This document shows, one piece after another, positions 11,421 to 24,609 of a stretch of 64,000 bases of DNA. The notes beneath the pieces are model-generated. The model was not told the origin of the DNA and made no database searches. It saw only the letters and a list, made by a program, of their open reading frames with translations. Source of the DNA: Felis catus. Lineage: Eukaryota. Both the position numbers and the translations under genes were made by a program. Location: contig NC_058368.1 in assembly GCF_018350175.1 (NCBI RefSeq), positions 149,112,001 through 149,176,000 on the forward strand. Reading direction: 5' to 3'. The number at the start of each line of letters is the position of its first letter. Position 1 is the first letter of the stretch.

Positions 11421-14239
11421 GTTTGTTTGTTTTTGGTTTACCACTTGGTAAAGACATATATGAATGTATCTGAATAATCAAGAGACAAAGACTCTCAATG
11501 CTGAACTCCATCTCTTTGATGGCTATGGCTTGCCCTCACCCCCAGCCCTCCACTTCCTAATTTGAGGAAATCTGTGGAATTCTATAAAGACCTTTTATCT
11601 TTATTTCTGGACACATGTATAACATTTACACATAAATCAGTAATGCCTAAATTCTGTAACAGAAGCTTAAAGCTTCTAAAATGGTGGTTAAGTTAGATAC
11701 AGATATTTTTGTCTAAACATATTGTAAACTGCAATAATAATCAAGTGATAAGCTTCTGAAAGTTTATCTTTTAGTTTATCTGCTTTGGGGAAACATAATC
11801 TATTTTCTACTCTCATCTCCTATGCCAAAGTAGAGATCAATAATTGATTGAAGCTTTTGTCCAAACATCTAAACCTGAAGAGTAAATTTAGTGCAGTAAT
11901 AATTCTTGGCCCAATGAACTAGAAATTCCACATGGGATATACTGCCCCTTTAGTATGGCCATTATAGTTCTAATATCTTTATTAAGTATTGATGAAACTC
12001 TCACTGAAGAACCTAATCAGAGTAGCAGTTATAGAAGATGTCATATAATAATCCACTATCAAAAACTATTTCACAATGGGAGTAGATTTTTGACAGGGAA
12101 TACAAATTTTGAAAAGTATTTTACCCAAAGTAGGAGTGAATATAAAGGATTGGTGACTGTTGGTCACCAACAAAGAGAATTAATCACCCTTAAGAATATA
12201 GTCAAGATCACAACCATCTAATGACAATCTCTCCATATGCATTCTAGTGGCTTACCATTCTGGATAGTTTCCAAACAAACACTGTCCAGGGATAAATGTT
12301 TGGTGCATGTATTGGGCCTTAGTAGTCTCCATGTTGAGCAAGAAGAAAAAGCTTGCTACATGAATTTTCTTTCCCATCACATGCCTCAAGTATCAGGCAT
12401 AGCCTCAAAAGGAAAAATACTCCAGGAGCAATTATGTACACAATCCAAAAACTCCCTAGTTTTTGATGGCTACCTTCTTTGTTGGGAGATAATAGCACCA
12501 ACTCCCATTATATGGATTCAGCACCTCCCTCTGCTGGGAACTTCCTTCTTCCACACTCAGAAAGTGGCCCTCAAGTTTATATGCTTTTCACCAAAAGTTA
12601 ACTGTGCTATAAATTGTGTATCCTACAGTCTGTAAATGAATCATTACTTCATGCCTGGATGACAGAAAATAACCCATTCAGTTAAATAATTCTAGCTTCC
12701 TGACCTCATTTAGGAATATAAAAATAGAGATGGAATGGACCGTTTTTTTTTTTTTATTTAAACCATCTTTTTCCACTCTCCATGAGGGCAATACTCTGAA
12801 GAAATTATGTAGGAATTGATTTACTGAAGACAGGGGGGAATTTTTAATTAATGTGTAACTGGGGAAAAATTAAAGCTGTTCTTAAAACTTTTCTTAATCC
12901 AAAGACACTCGCTTAGTAAATGAAGCCCTTCTCACATTTCTCCTCTAAACTTCTTGACTGTCCTCTGCACATTCTTATTCCCCCTTGGGTTTCTTTCATT
13001 GGCTCTGCAGCACCCTGAAAAGCAATGCTTTTTACAAACTTTTCTGTGTAATTCTCTACTCATCTTTTTAGAAATATCTCCAACATAAAGTGGTTTTGCT
13101 GCCTGGATCCTTCCCCTTCCTTCTTTAGTTCTTTTCCCCAACCTGAGTAACTTAAATTCTAATTAACCCACTCAAAGTTTTCATCATAAGAGCAAGGTAA
13201 ATATTGGGAAAGGACCAGATGCTAAGTGATATGGTTCCTTTAGATAGGATCTCCTGTCTCATTCTCCTCTCCAGATTCAATTGAAGACTAGGTTTTTTAT
13301 TGGCTAATATCCCTGTTGGGTTCAGCATTTCCCAGGATAGGGTAGAACAATATATCCTAAAATGAGAAAGATATTTTCCAACAGTCATCTACTCTGAAAT
13401 GCCCTTTCCTCTCCCACAAAATAAATCACACTATACTATGTAGAGTCAAGTTTAAATTACCTCCTCCTTCCTAATTAAGTTTACCAAAATAAGGATATTT
13501 GATTAGACCCTTAATCATCCTTCCCTTTGAAATTAGCCAGAATTGGAGATGTTCTCCCTTAGCCATCTTTCCTGGGAATATTATCAGTTTTGTTTTTTAA
13601 AGGAGTAAGTTGAAAATTACTCATACAGTACCAAAGACCACACTGGCAATAAATGTTCAATGAAGAAGATATCAGTGATATTTTGCAAAATGAAGAAAAA
13701 TTACTGTAACAATTTAAAAATTTTATAAAATCTTCTATTAACTGGATCTCAGGGAGAATTATTGCATACATATTATCTCTTGTGTTCAAAATCATTAAAA
13801 TATCTAAAAAAGATTATTTCTCTAAGTAGCTTCTTTGTTTGATTACTATTGATTAAGTAATTACCTAAAATAAACAGTTGCAAAATCTATTTTCTCCTGT
13901 ACTGTTTACCCAAGATTTATTATTGTTTCATTCCTTTGGAATTGTAAAGCTACAAACTAAAGAATATATGGTTAAAGCATGGACAAATTTTAAATTATCC
14001 TCAAATTTAATAAAAAGGCAAAAATATGAATTCTAAAACCATCTGAAAACAAACACGAGATGTTACTAATCAATAAACCAACACTTATAAAACCGAAAGG
14101 AGAAAAAATGCATTTTAAAGTGTCTAGTCATCTGTTAATTCAAATTAACAGAATTTGTAATATCATTTCATAAACATAGGACTGTATGATAAACACAAAT
14201 GTGCTGTAGAGCTAAAACACACTGAAATTTTTGTGTGGT

Positions 14240-14450
14240 TATAAATAGCCTCTAGAGAGAAATAATCTGGGTTCAAACCCAAATGCTGCCATTTATTCAT
14301 TGCCTGGCCTTTGGCAAGTTAAAAACTCTATGCCTCAGTTTTCTTTTGTGAAGTAGAAGTAAATAAGGTTGTTATGATTATTATATAAATTTATACATCT
14401 AGGCACTTGAAAAGTACCTTGCAAATAGGAAGAACTGTATAAGTGTTTTA
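14240..14450 (+). mobile_element. MIR SINE
   Basis: ctgggttcaaaccc...ttggcaagtt...ctctatgcctcagttttc. Confidence 0.75.
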
Positions 14451-14529
14451 TTGTTATGTGTTGTTGTTGCTATTTTTGCTGTTGCGATACTGCATGCTAT
14501 GAAACAGTGGAATATGCTATTCAACAAAC

Positions 14530-14730
14530 TTTTTGCAATGTTTATGTATTTTGAGAGAAAGAGAGAGAGCAGTGGAGGAGCAGACCGAGAGGAAGAGAGA
14601 GAATACCAAGCAGGCTTTGTGCTGTCAGCACAGAGCCCAATGTAGGGCTTGATCTCACCAACTGTGAGATTATGACCTGAGCCAAAATTCAGAGTCAGAC
14701 ACTTAACCAACTGAGCCACCCAGCTCCCCC
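14530..14730 (-). mobile_element. CAN-SINE
   Basis: Reverse head ctgagccacccagctccccc; degenerate TSD tattcaacaaactttt / tattaaataaactttt. Confidence 0.93.
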
Positions 14731-14878
14731 TATTAAATAAACTTTTTGAGAGAAATATACATGGTTTATCTTTATTTAAATTCTCAAAAAATAAATTCTT
14801 TATTTAATCTTATGTGAAAAAAATACATCAATAACAATAGGTTCTTGATAAGACCTGCCTTTAAAAATAACATTATTC

Positions 14879-15739
14879 AGACTGCTGAATGGAAGATGGC
14901 AGCGTAGGAGGACGCTGGGCTCACCGCGTCCTGCAGATCACTTAGATTCCACCCAAACCTGCCTAAATAACCCAAAAACCACCAGAAGACTAGCAGAGTG
15001 GATTCTCTGGAGCCAAGTATACACAAGAGGCCCATGGAAGAGGGTAGGAAGGGTGGATAAGCGGTGCGTGCTACACGGACTGGCAGGAGGGAGCCCAGGC
15101 GGAGGGGCAGCCCGCAGGCAAAGCAGAGCCCCTGAGTCTGGCTTGCAAAAGCGGAGGGGCCAGATGGAGTGTGTTCTGACAGCAAGCAGGACTTAACATC
15201 TGGAAGGTTATAAGCTAACAGCATGGCGGGGAACAAAGACACTCACCAGCTCCATCTCCCTCACCCATCCCCCAGCCAAAATCTCAAAGGGAACCAATTC
15301 CTGTCATGGAAATTGCTTGCACCACGCAAACACCCAACTCTCTGTTTCTGTGGATCCATCCCTCCGATGGTGGTGGCAGGTCTGACTCCCTCCCGGTGCC
15401 TCAGGGCCCCTCCCAAAGTGGATCACCAAATGAAAAGCTAACTGAGCCTGCCCCTCCCGCCCCTCTGCAACTTGCCTATCCACACCAGCTAATATGTCAG
15501 ATCCCCAGCACCACAAGCCTGGCATTGTGTAAGTAGCCCAGACAGGCCACGCCACCCCACAGTGAATCCCACCCCTAGGAGAAGGGAAGAGAAAGTACAC
15601 ACCAGTCTGACTATGGCCTCAGGGGTGGGCTGGGGGCAGACATCAGGTCTGACTGCGGCCCCGCCCAACAACTCCAGTTATACACCACAGCACAGGGGAA
15701 GTGCCCTGCAGGTCCTCACAACTCCAGGGACTATCCAAA
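14879..15739 (+). promoter_or_regulatory. L1 5'UTR internal promoter with YY1-type motif
   Basis: AAGATGGC at 14893-14900, as at the start of mammalian L1s; locally GC/CpG-rich. Confidence 0.75.
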
Positions 15740-16627
15740 ATGACAAAACGGAAAATTCCCCTCAAAAAATCCTACAGGAAATAACGACAGCTAATGAACT
15801 GATCAAAAAGGATTTAAACAAAGTGAATTTAGAGTAATAGTCATAAAATTAATCATTGGGCTGGAAAACAGTATAAAGGACAACAGAGAATCTATTGCTA
15901 CAGAAATCAAGGGACTAAGGAACAGCCAGGAGGAGCTAAAAAATGCTATTAATGAGATGCAAAATAAAATGGAGACGACCACAGCTCAGTTTGAAGAGGC
16001 AGAGGAGAGAATAGGTGAACTAGAAGATAAAATTATGGAAAAAGAAGAAGCTGAGAAGAAGAGAGATAAAAAAAAAAAAAATCCAGGAGTATGAGGGGAA
16101 AATTAGAGACCTAAGTGACGCACTAAAGAGAAATAATCTACGCATATTTGGTATTCCAGAGGAGGAAGAGAGAGGTAAAGGTGCTGAAGGTGTACTTGAA
16201 GAAATAATAGCTGAGAACTTCCCTGATCTGGGGAAGGAAAAAGGCATTGAAATCCAAGAGGCACAGAGAAATCCCTTAAGACATAACTTGAATCGATCTT
16301 CTGTACGACATATCATAGTGAAACTGGCAAATACAAGGATAAAGAGAAAATTCTGAAAGCAGCTAGGGATAAACGTGCTCTAACATATAAAGGGAGACCG
16401 ATAAGACTAGTGACTGATCTCTCTACTGAAACTTGGCAGGCCAGAAAGGAATGGCAGGAAATCTTCAATGTAATGAACAGAAAAAATATGCAGCCAAGAT
16501 CCTTTATCCAGCAAGTCTGTCATTTAGAATAGAAGGAGAGACAAAGGTCTTCCCAAACAAACAAAAACTGAAGGAATTCGTCACCACTAAACCAGCCCTA
16601 CAAGAGATCCTGAGGGGGATCCTGTGA
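15740..16627 (+). pseudogene. L1 ORF1p (RNA-binding), frameshifted
   Basis: ATG at 15740; C-terminus ILYPASLSFRIEGE...KPALQEILRGIL*; broken into several frames. Confidence 0.92.
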
Positions 16628-16677
16628 GACAAAGTACCAGAGACATCGCTACAAGCATGAAACATACAGACTTCACA

Positions 16678-19600
16678 GTGACTCTAAACCCATATCTTCC
16701 TATAATAACACTGCATGTAAATGGACTAAATGCACCAACCAAAAGACATGGGGTATCAGAATGGATAAAAAAACAAGATCCATCTATTTGCTGTCTACAA
16801 GAGACTCATTTTAGACCTGAGGACACCTTTAGATTGAGAGTGAGGGGATGGAGAACTATTTATCATGCTACTGGAAGCCAAAAGAAAGCTGGAGTAGCCA
16901 TACTTATATCAGACAAACTAGATTTTAAATTAAAGGCTGTAACAAGAGATGAAGAAGGGCATTATATACTCATTACAGGGTATATCCATCAGGAAGAGCT
17001 AACAGTTATAAATGTCTATGTACCGAATACCGGAGCCCCCAAATATAAAAAACAATTACTCATAAACATAGGCAACCTCATTGATGAGAATGTGGTAATT
17101 GCAGGGGACTTTAACACTCCACTTACAGAAATGGATAGATCATCTAGACACACGGTCAATAAAGAAACAAGGGCCCTGAATGAGACATTGGATCAGATGG
17201 ACTTGACAGATATATTTAGAACTCTGCATCCCAAAGCAACAGAATATACTTTCTTCTCGAGTGCACATGGAACATTCTCCAAGATAGATCACATTCTGGG
17301 TCACAAAACAGCCCTTCTTAAGTATACAAGAATTGAAATCATACCATGCATACTTTCAGACCACAATGCTATGAAGCTTGAAATCAACCACAGGAAAAAG
17401 TCTGGAAAACTTCCAAAAGCATGGAGGTTAAAGAACATCCTACTAAAGAATTAATGGGTCAACCAGGCAATTAGAGAAGAAATTAAACAATATATGGAAA
17501 CAAACAAAAATGAAAATACAACAATCCAAACGCTTTGGGATGCAGCGAAGGCAGTCCTGAGAGGAAAATACATTGCAATCCAGGCCTATCTCAAGAAACA
17601 AGAAAAATCCCAAATACAAAATCTAACAGCACACCTAAAGGAAATAGAAGCAGAATAGCAAAGGCAGCCTAAACCCAGCAGAAGAAGAGAAATAATAAAG
17701 ATCAGAGCAGAAATAAACAATATAGAATCTAAAAAAAACTGTAGAGCAGATCAATGAAACCAAGAGTTGGTTTTTTGAAAAAATAAACAAAATTGACAAA
17801 CCTCTAGCCAGGCTTCTCAAAAAGAAAAGGGAGATGACCCAAATAGATAAAATCATGAATGAAAATGGAATGATTACAACCAATCCCTCAGAAATACAAA
17901 CAATTATCAGGGAATACTATGACAAATTGTATGACAACAAACTGGACAACCTGGAAGAAATTGACAAATTCCTAAACACCCGCATGCTTCCAAAACTCAT
18001 TCCGGAGGAAATAGAAAGCTTGAACATACCCATAACCAGCAAAGAAATTGAATTGGTTATCAAAAATCTCCCAAAAAATGAGTCCAGGACTGGATGGCTT
18101 CCCTGGGGAATTCTACCAGACGTTTAAAGCAGAGATAATACCTATCCTTCTCAAGCTATTCCAAAAAATAGAAAGGGAAGGAATACTTCCAGACTCATTC
18201 TATGAAGCCAGTATTACTTTGATTCCTAAACCAGACAGAGACCCGGTAAAAAAAGAGAACTACAGGCCAATATCCCTGATGAATAGGGATGCAAAAATTC
18301 TCAATAAGATACTAGCAAATTGAATTCAACAGCATATAAAAAGAATTATTCACCATGATCAAGTGGGATTCATTCCTGGGCTGCAGGGCCGGTTCAACAT
18401 TCGCAAATCAATCAACGTGATACATCACATTAATAAAAGAAAAGATAAGAATCATGTGATCCTGTCAATCAATGCAGAAAAAACATTTGACAAAATTCTG
18501 CATCCTTTCTTAATAAAAACCCTCAAGAAAGTCGGGATGGAAGGAACATACTTAAACATCATAAAAGCCATTTATGAAAAGCCCACAGCTAACATCATCC
18601 TCAATGGGGAAAAACTGAGAGCTTTCCCCCTGAGATCAGGAACACGACAGAGATGCCCACTCTCACCACTGTTGTTTAACATAGTGTTGGATGTGCTCAC
18701 ATCAGCAATCAGACAACAAAAGGAAATCAAAGGCATCCAAATTGGCAAAGATGAAGTCAAGCTTTCGCTTTTTGCAGATGACATAATATTATATATGGAA
18801 AATCCGATAGACTCCACCAAAAGTCTGCTAGAACTGATACATGAATTCAGCAAAGTTGCAGGATACAAAATCAATGTACAGAAATCAGTTGCATTCTTAT
18901 ACACTAATAATGAAGCAACAGAAAGACAAATAAAGAAACTGATCCCATTCACAATTGCACCAAGAAGCATAAAATACCTAGGAATAACCCTAACCAAAGA
19001 TGTAAAAGTTCTGTATGCTGAAAACTATAGAAAGCTTATGAAGGAAATTGAAGAAGATATAAAGAAGTGGAAAAACATTCCATGCTCATGGGTTGGAAGA
19101 ATAAATATTGTTAAAATATCAATACTACCCAAAGCTATCTACACATTCAATGCAATCCCAATCAAAATTGCACCAGCATTCTTCTCGAAGCTAGAACAAG
19201 CAATCCTAAAATTCATATGGAACCACAAAAGGCCCCGAATAGCCAAAGTAATTTTGAAGAAGAAGACCAAAGCAGGAGGCATCACAATCCCAGACTTTAG
19301 CTTCTACTACAAAGCTGCAATCATCAAGACAGCATAATATTAGTACAATAACAGACACATAGACCAATGGAATAGAATAGAAACCCCAGAACTAGACCCA
19401 CAAACACATGGCCAACTAATATTTGACAAAGCAGGAAAGAATATCCAATGGAAAAAAGACAGTCTCTTTAACAAATGGTGATGGGAGAACTGGATAGCAA
19501 CATGCAGAAGAATGAAACTAGACCACTTTCTCACACCATTCACAAAAATAAACTCAAAATGGATAAAGGACCTGAATGTGAGACAGGAAACCATCAAAAC

Positions 19601-20491
19601 CCTAGAGGAGAAAGCACGAAAAGACCTCTCTGACCTCAGCCGCAGCAATTTCTTACTTGACACATCCCCAAAGGCAAGGGAATTAAAAGCAAAAATGAAC
19701 TATTGGGACCTTATGAAGATAAAATGCTTCTGCACAGCAAAGGAAACAATCAACAAAACTAAAAGGCAACCAACCGAATGGGAAAATATATTTGCAAATG
19801 ACATATCAGACAAAGGGCTAATATCCAAAATCTATAAAGAGCTCACCAAACTCCACACCCGAAAAACAAATAATCCAGTGAAGAAATGGGCAGAAAACAT
19901 GAATAGACACTTCTCTAAAGAAGACATCCAGATGGCCAACAGGCACATGAAAAGATGCTCCTCATCAGGGAAATACAAATCAAAACCACACTCAGATATC
20001 TCCTCACGCCAGTCAGAGTGGCAAAAATGAACAAATCAGAAGACTATAGACACTGGCGAGGATGTGTAGAAACGGGAACCCTCTTGCACTGTTGGTGGGA
20101 ATGCAAATTGGTGCAGCCACTCTGGAGAACAGTGTGGAGGTTCCTCAAAAAATTAAAAATAGACCTACCCTGTGACCCAGCAGTAGCACTGCTAGGAATT
20201 TACCCAAAGGATACAGGAGTACTGATGCATTGGGGCACTTGTACCCCAATGTTTATGGCAGCACTCTCAACAATAGCCAAATTATGGGAAGAGCCTAAAT
20301 GTCCAGCAAGTGATAAATGGATAAAGAAATTGTGGTTTATATACACAATGGAGTATGATGTGGCAATGAGAAAGAATGAAATATGGCCCTTTGTAGCAAC
20401 GTGGATGGAACTGGAGAGTGTTATGCTAAGTGAAATAAGCCATACAGAGAAAGACAGATACCATATGTTTTCACTCTTATGTGGATCCTAA
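16678..20491 (+). pseudogene. L1 ORF2p (APE endonuclease, reverse transcriptase, Cys-rich C-terminus), disrupted
   Basis: EN motifs ICCLQETH, GDFNTPL, SDHN; RT motifs [10 protein letters not shown] and LFADD; probable start is GTG at 16678; stops at 17452, 17656, 18321, 19335 plus frameshifts. Confidence 0.97.
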
Positions 20492-20715
20492 GAAACTTAA
20501 CAGGAACCCATGGGGGAGGGGAAGGAAAAAAAAAAAAAGAGGTTAGAGTGGGAGAGAGCCAAAGCATAAGAGACTCTTAAAAACTGAGAACAAACTGAGG
20601 GTTGATGGGGGGTGGGAGGGCGGAGAGGGTAGGTGATGGATACTGAAGAGGGCATCTTTTGGGATGAGCCCTGGGTGTTGTATTGAAACCAATTTGAAAA
20701 TAAATTTCTTATATT

Positions 20716-20719
20716 AAAA

Positions 20720-20778
<59 letters not shown>

Positions 20779-20781
20779 ATA
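20716..20781 (+). repeat. (TAAA)n microsatellite derived from the L1 poly(A) tail
   Basis: Direct read. Confidence 0.95.
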
Positions 20782-22637
20782 GAAAAAATGACATTATTCG
20801 AGTGTAATTATGAGAATAAACATATGGTATCTCAAGCATTTAGATCACAAGTCATTCCTCATCATTCAAGAAAATATAACATCATGAACAGCAATTGTAG
20901 AAAATATGCTTCATTTAAATAGGACCTAAGATGGATGGGCCCAGATTCATCACAGGCAGGTGATGCCTCATGCTGCCAGAATTTAGCATAATAAAAACAA
21001 ACTTCACTGTATACTGAAATGGAAGTTCTAAAACACACTCACTATAATGCACAATTTCTCAAAGGAAGATGAAAAATAGTTAGGGTTCAACCTTTAATCA
21101 AAATGCCTAAATAACTCACAAGGCTACACTCTTAATCACCAAGAGCAATGAGAATACTCTTACACTGAGCCAGAAGAACTATGGTATTTTTCAGCTCACT
21201 GGCCCAAACACTTGAGGCTTCTCAAGTTCTCCTTCTTCCTTATTTATTGAATATGATTTGCCCTTCAAAGTCAGTTTCAAAGCCCATGCCTTCAAAAAGC
21301 ATTGCTACCCCTCTTCCCATGGAAAGTCATCTCCCTTATTTGAATTAATAGAGACTTTAATTTCTCTTCATCCATTTGTCACTTATTCTGAGCAGCCTTT
21401 ACTTTTAGCTAACTTTTTATATGCCTGTTTCTGCTATAATTAGATAAATGTCAGATTTATGCTTGAATAGTTTCTATTTCCCTAATTTATCTGTGACATC
21501 ATATTGAACATTGTAACTTCACTAACATGTGTTACTTGGTAAGAAAATGGAAAATTTTACTTTTTTTCATATTAAAAAAGCCTAGATTGTTCATGTGAAC
21601 TTAAATCACAGTATTATTGCATATTGATTAATCAATGGTAGTAATGATGTGATTGATATGAAAACACAGTCTTCTAATTTTCAGAGTCAGATAAAACATA
21701 AAATGGGGGAAAATGAGGCAGTTGCTCTTTCAATACTTGTTTTTAAAGGAATAAAGCATTTTTTATTTTCAAATTATTGCAAAGAAATTCCATTTGTCTT
21801 TCCTTCAGCTATTTCTATTGACTTCTTTAACTCATAGATAGATGGCAGCCTGCAAAATTATGCCTGCCTTGTAAGTAGTATTCTGATTCTCTGTCATTCA
21901 ACCATTAAATGTCCCATGGCCAGATGACAGCCTCAGCAAAACACATCTAGTATTATATCAAAGCTTGTCATTCTCCTTGCCAAAGTCTTGACCATAAAAG
22001 GTCTGAATCTGAGCAAGCAACTGAAATTCAATCAAAATAGAAACTATGTGTGGGGAGATTGGGGATAGTGGGGATCAGAGTAACAGAGAGGGAAGGATTT
22101 TATAACTGTTGCAACACTTAGGGATACATTTCTCATAGAAATAATGAAAATAATTCCCCCTTTTAATTAAAAACAAATGGTACAGTATTGTAATGGTACA
22201 GAAAATTATATATATACATATATATGGTAATTATTCAAAAATGTAGGTTTACTCTACTAATGTATAAAAAGATAAAGAAACCACTGGAATGATTTGCAAA
22301 GTCTAACAGTGGACACAAAGTGGGAAATCTGTATGAGAAAGGCAGCATTCTAATAGATGCAGTAAAGACTTTTCTTTCTTTTCTTGTTTTCTTTTTTTAA
22401 GTAAATGGTATTTGAAAATGAGTCATTTAGAGAAAAATAAAATTTCACCCATAAACCACATTTCTAACCCAATAAACTAAAAACAGAATAAAAATTAAAT
22501 GTAAAATCTGAAACTATTAAGGATTAGAAGAAAACATGGTAAAATGCCTTCATATATTTGGAGTTGAGACTTAAAAATCCAGATTCCATAAAAGAAAAGA
22601 TGGGTAATTTTAATTACATTTAAAAGTCTGCCTGACA

Positions 22638-22709
22638 GAAGAAGAAGAAGAAGAAGAAGAAGAAGAAGAAGAAGAAGAAGAAGAAGAAGAAGAAGAAGAA
22701 GAAGAAGAA
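22638..22709. repeat. (GAA)24 pure trinucleotide repeat
   Basis: 72 nt uninterrupted; source of the poly-Leu ORF on the minus strand. Confidence 0.97.
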
Positions 22710-23308
22710 AGTCAAAAGACAAAAAACAAACGAACAAAAGCTTGGTAGTATCTGTTGTAGAAAATGGGGATAATCCTTTTAATATGTAAAATTCCTGGAA
22801 GTCAAGAAATAAAACACTAAACAAACAAACAAAAATTATCAAATACAATGAATTGAAATGTCATAGTAGAGAACTACCAATGGTCCTTAAATGGATATAA
22901 AGTTGTTGATCCTAATTTAAAAAAAAAAGAAATGCTAATTAAAACTAACAATATTCTCATTTCTTATGTATGGGATGGGCAAAAATCCAAAGTTAACAGC
23001 ACACACTGTTGTAGTGGCTGTAGGGAAAACAACCACTGTTCCACATTGCTGGAGGTAATGATAAATGGTACAACTCCAGAAAGGGTAATTTAATAACAGA
23101 GAGCAGTATTATAAAAGAACTTACAGATTACCTATGAATAAACCAGCATATTTGTGAAATGAATGAACAAGATATTCAATGAAGCATTGTTTATAATAGT
23201 GAAAAGCTAGTAACAACCCAAATTTCCCTCCAGAGGTGACTATTTAAATAAACAATGGAAAATTATCAAAACTAGAATGCCATGGAACTATTATCATGAG
23301 AAATCTCC

Positions 23309-23358
23309 ATATGTACTGATAATGACATATATCTATATGTACTGATAATGACATATAT
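23309..23358. repeat. 26-bp tandem duplication
   Basis: atatgtactgataatgacatatat(ct) twice, then partial copies. Confidence 0.9.
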
Positions 23359-24609
23359 AATATGACATATATCTCTATGATATATCATAAATGACAAAAG
23401 CAAAGAGCAGAACAATATATAGTGTGCTGTTTTTATACAAATAAAAAAGAAGATAGGACTAAATATATTCATCTTCACTGGAAATTTCATAAATAAAGTG
23501 AAATAATACACAGAAAGATTTTTAGAAATAGCTAGCTATTAGGGCAGAAGGAAGGAGAATTTTTGTGGACAGAAGAAAAATAAGATTTTCACTGATAGAG
23601 TTTTATGTTTAAAGAATCATATGTATACATTACATATTTTAAAGATACCCACCATATTAGTAGAATATAACATAATGTTTACTTAAATAATATTTTAAAT
23701 ATTTTTGTTCATATAGAAGATGGCTATCTACAGAATTGCTTAGAGTCCTCATTCTCATAGTTTTCAAATTCATTCATTGACTAGACATGTATAGAACATA
23801 ATTGAGGGGAAATGCTCACTAAGTCAGATCATATTACAAGAAAAGGAAAAAAATAAGGAGTATAGTTTTTCACTTCTTACCAAGACAAAGATTATACCAG
23901 TTTTAAGGAGTATCTGTCTCTATGCTTAAATGGCCACACTCAAGAGCATCACAAACTTCATGTTAGATATACCCATGGAATTTTGTAATTTTTAAAATAT
24001 CTCCCTTTCAAATATTTAGTTAGCACTGTGACATAAGCAAGATTAATATGGTTATTTTCACTTTGAAAGGAGAAAGCAGTTGTATAGAATAGTGAAATAT
24101 CTCAGTCCAGGTTATTTACACAGAATACAGTAGAATCAAACCTTGAAGATAAGTCATCTAACTCCAAATTAACATTTATCAATCACATCTAATGGCTCTT
24201 GACTCTCATAGAATAAAATCCTAGTGTATTTGGCCATCACAGAGAGCTGCCCATGGTTATGCTCCCATCCTGATGTTTCACGCTGTCATACACGTTATGC
24301 CCCATCCAGATTGGGCCTTCCTGTTTTTCCACCTTGGATTATTCAATTGCTTTCACCTAGAATTGCTATGGCCTCAATCTACCCACATTCTACTTCAAAT
24401 ACTATCTTTTCAGTGAAATCTTCCCCAGTCACCCACTCTGTAGTGTAGATCTTCCTTAACTTAGGGTATAAACGATATTGTTCTTTATTATCACTATGGC
24501 ATATCTTGTCCATCCTTCTAGATTATCAACTGTGTTGACAAGGTTCAAACTTTCTTCATCTGTTTCCTATAGATCCATAAACAAATTCTGTTGAGGATGA
24601 ATAAATTTT

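Larger units (their letters stand above)
14879..20783 (+). mobile_element. Near-full-length feline LINE-1 (L1_Fc-like), inactivated
   Basis: GC-rich 5'UTR, ORF1, ORF2, 3'UTR, (TAAA)n tail; 16-bp TSD aaaaat[a/g]acattattc at 14863-14878 and 20784-20799; tt/aaaa site. Confidence 0.98.
22250..23640 (+). mobile_element. Ancient L1 (L1ME-like) 3' region
   Basis: Decayed motifs cattgctggaggtaatgataaatggtacaac and gcattgtttataatagtgaaaagctagtaacaacccaaat. Confidence 0.75.

Noticed and set aside
12237..12635. 132-aa plus-strand ORF, the longest outside recognised repeats
   Set aside because: No recognisable domain or exon structure; this length is plausible by chance
18572..18997. Antisense ORFs in L1 (also 19340-19663, 37388-37744, 9595-9852)
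   Set aside because: Shadow frames of L1 ORF2 that recur across copies
20607..20630. G-quadruplex-like tract
   Set aside because: Ordinary G-rich feature of L1 3'UTRs
22495..22848. Poly-Leu ORF resembling a membrane protein
   Set aside because: Artefact of translating the (TTC)n microsatellite in decayed L1
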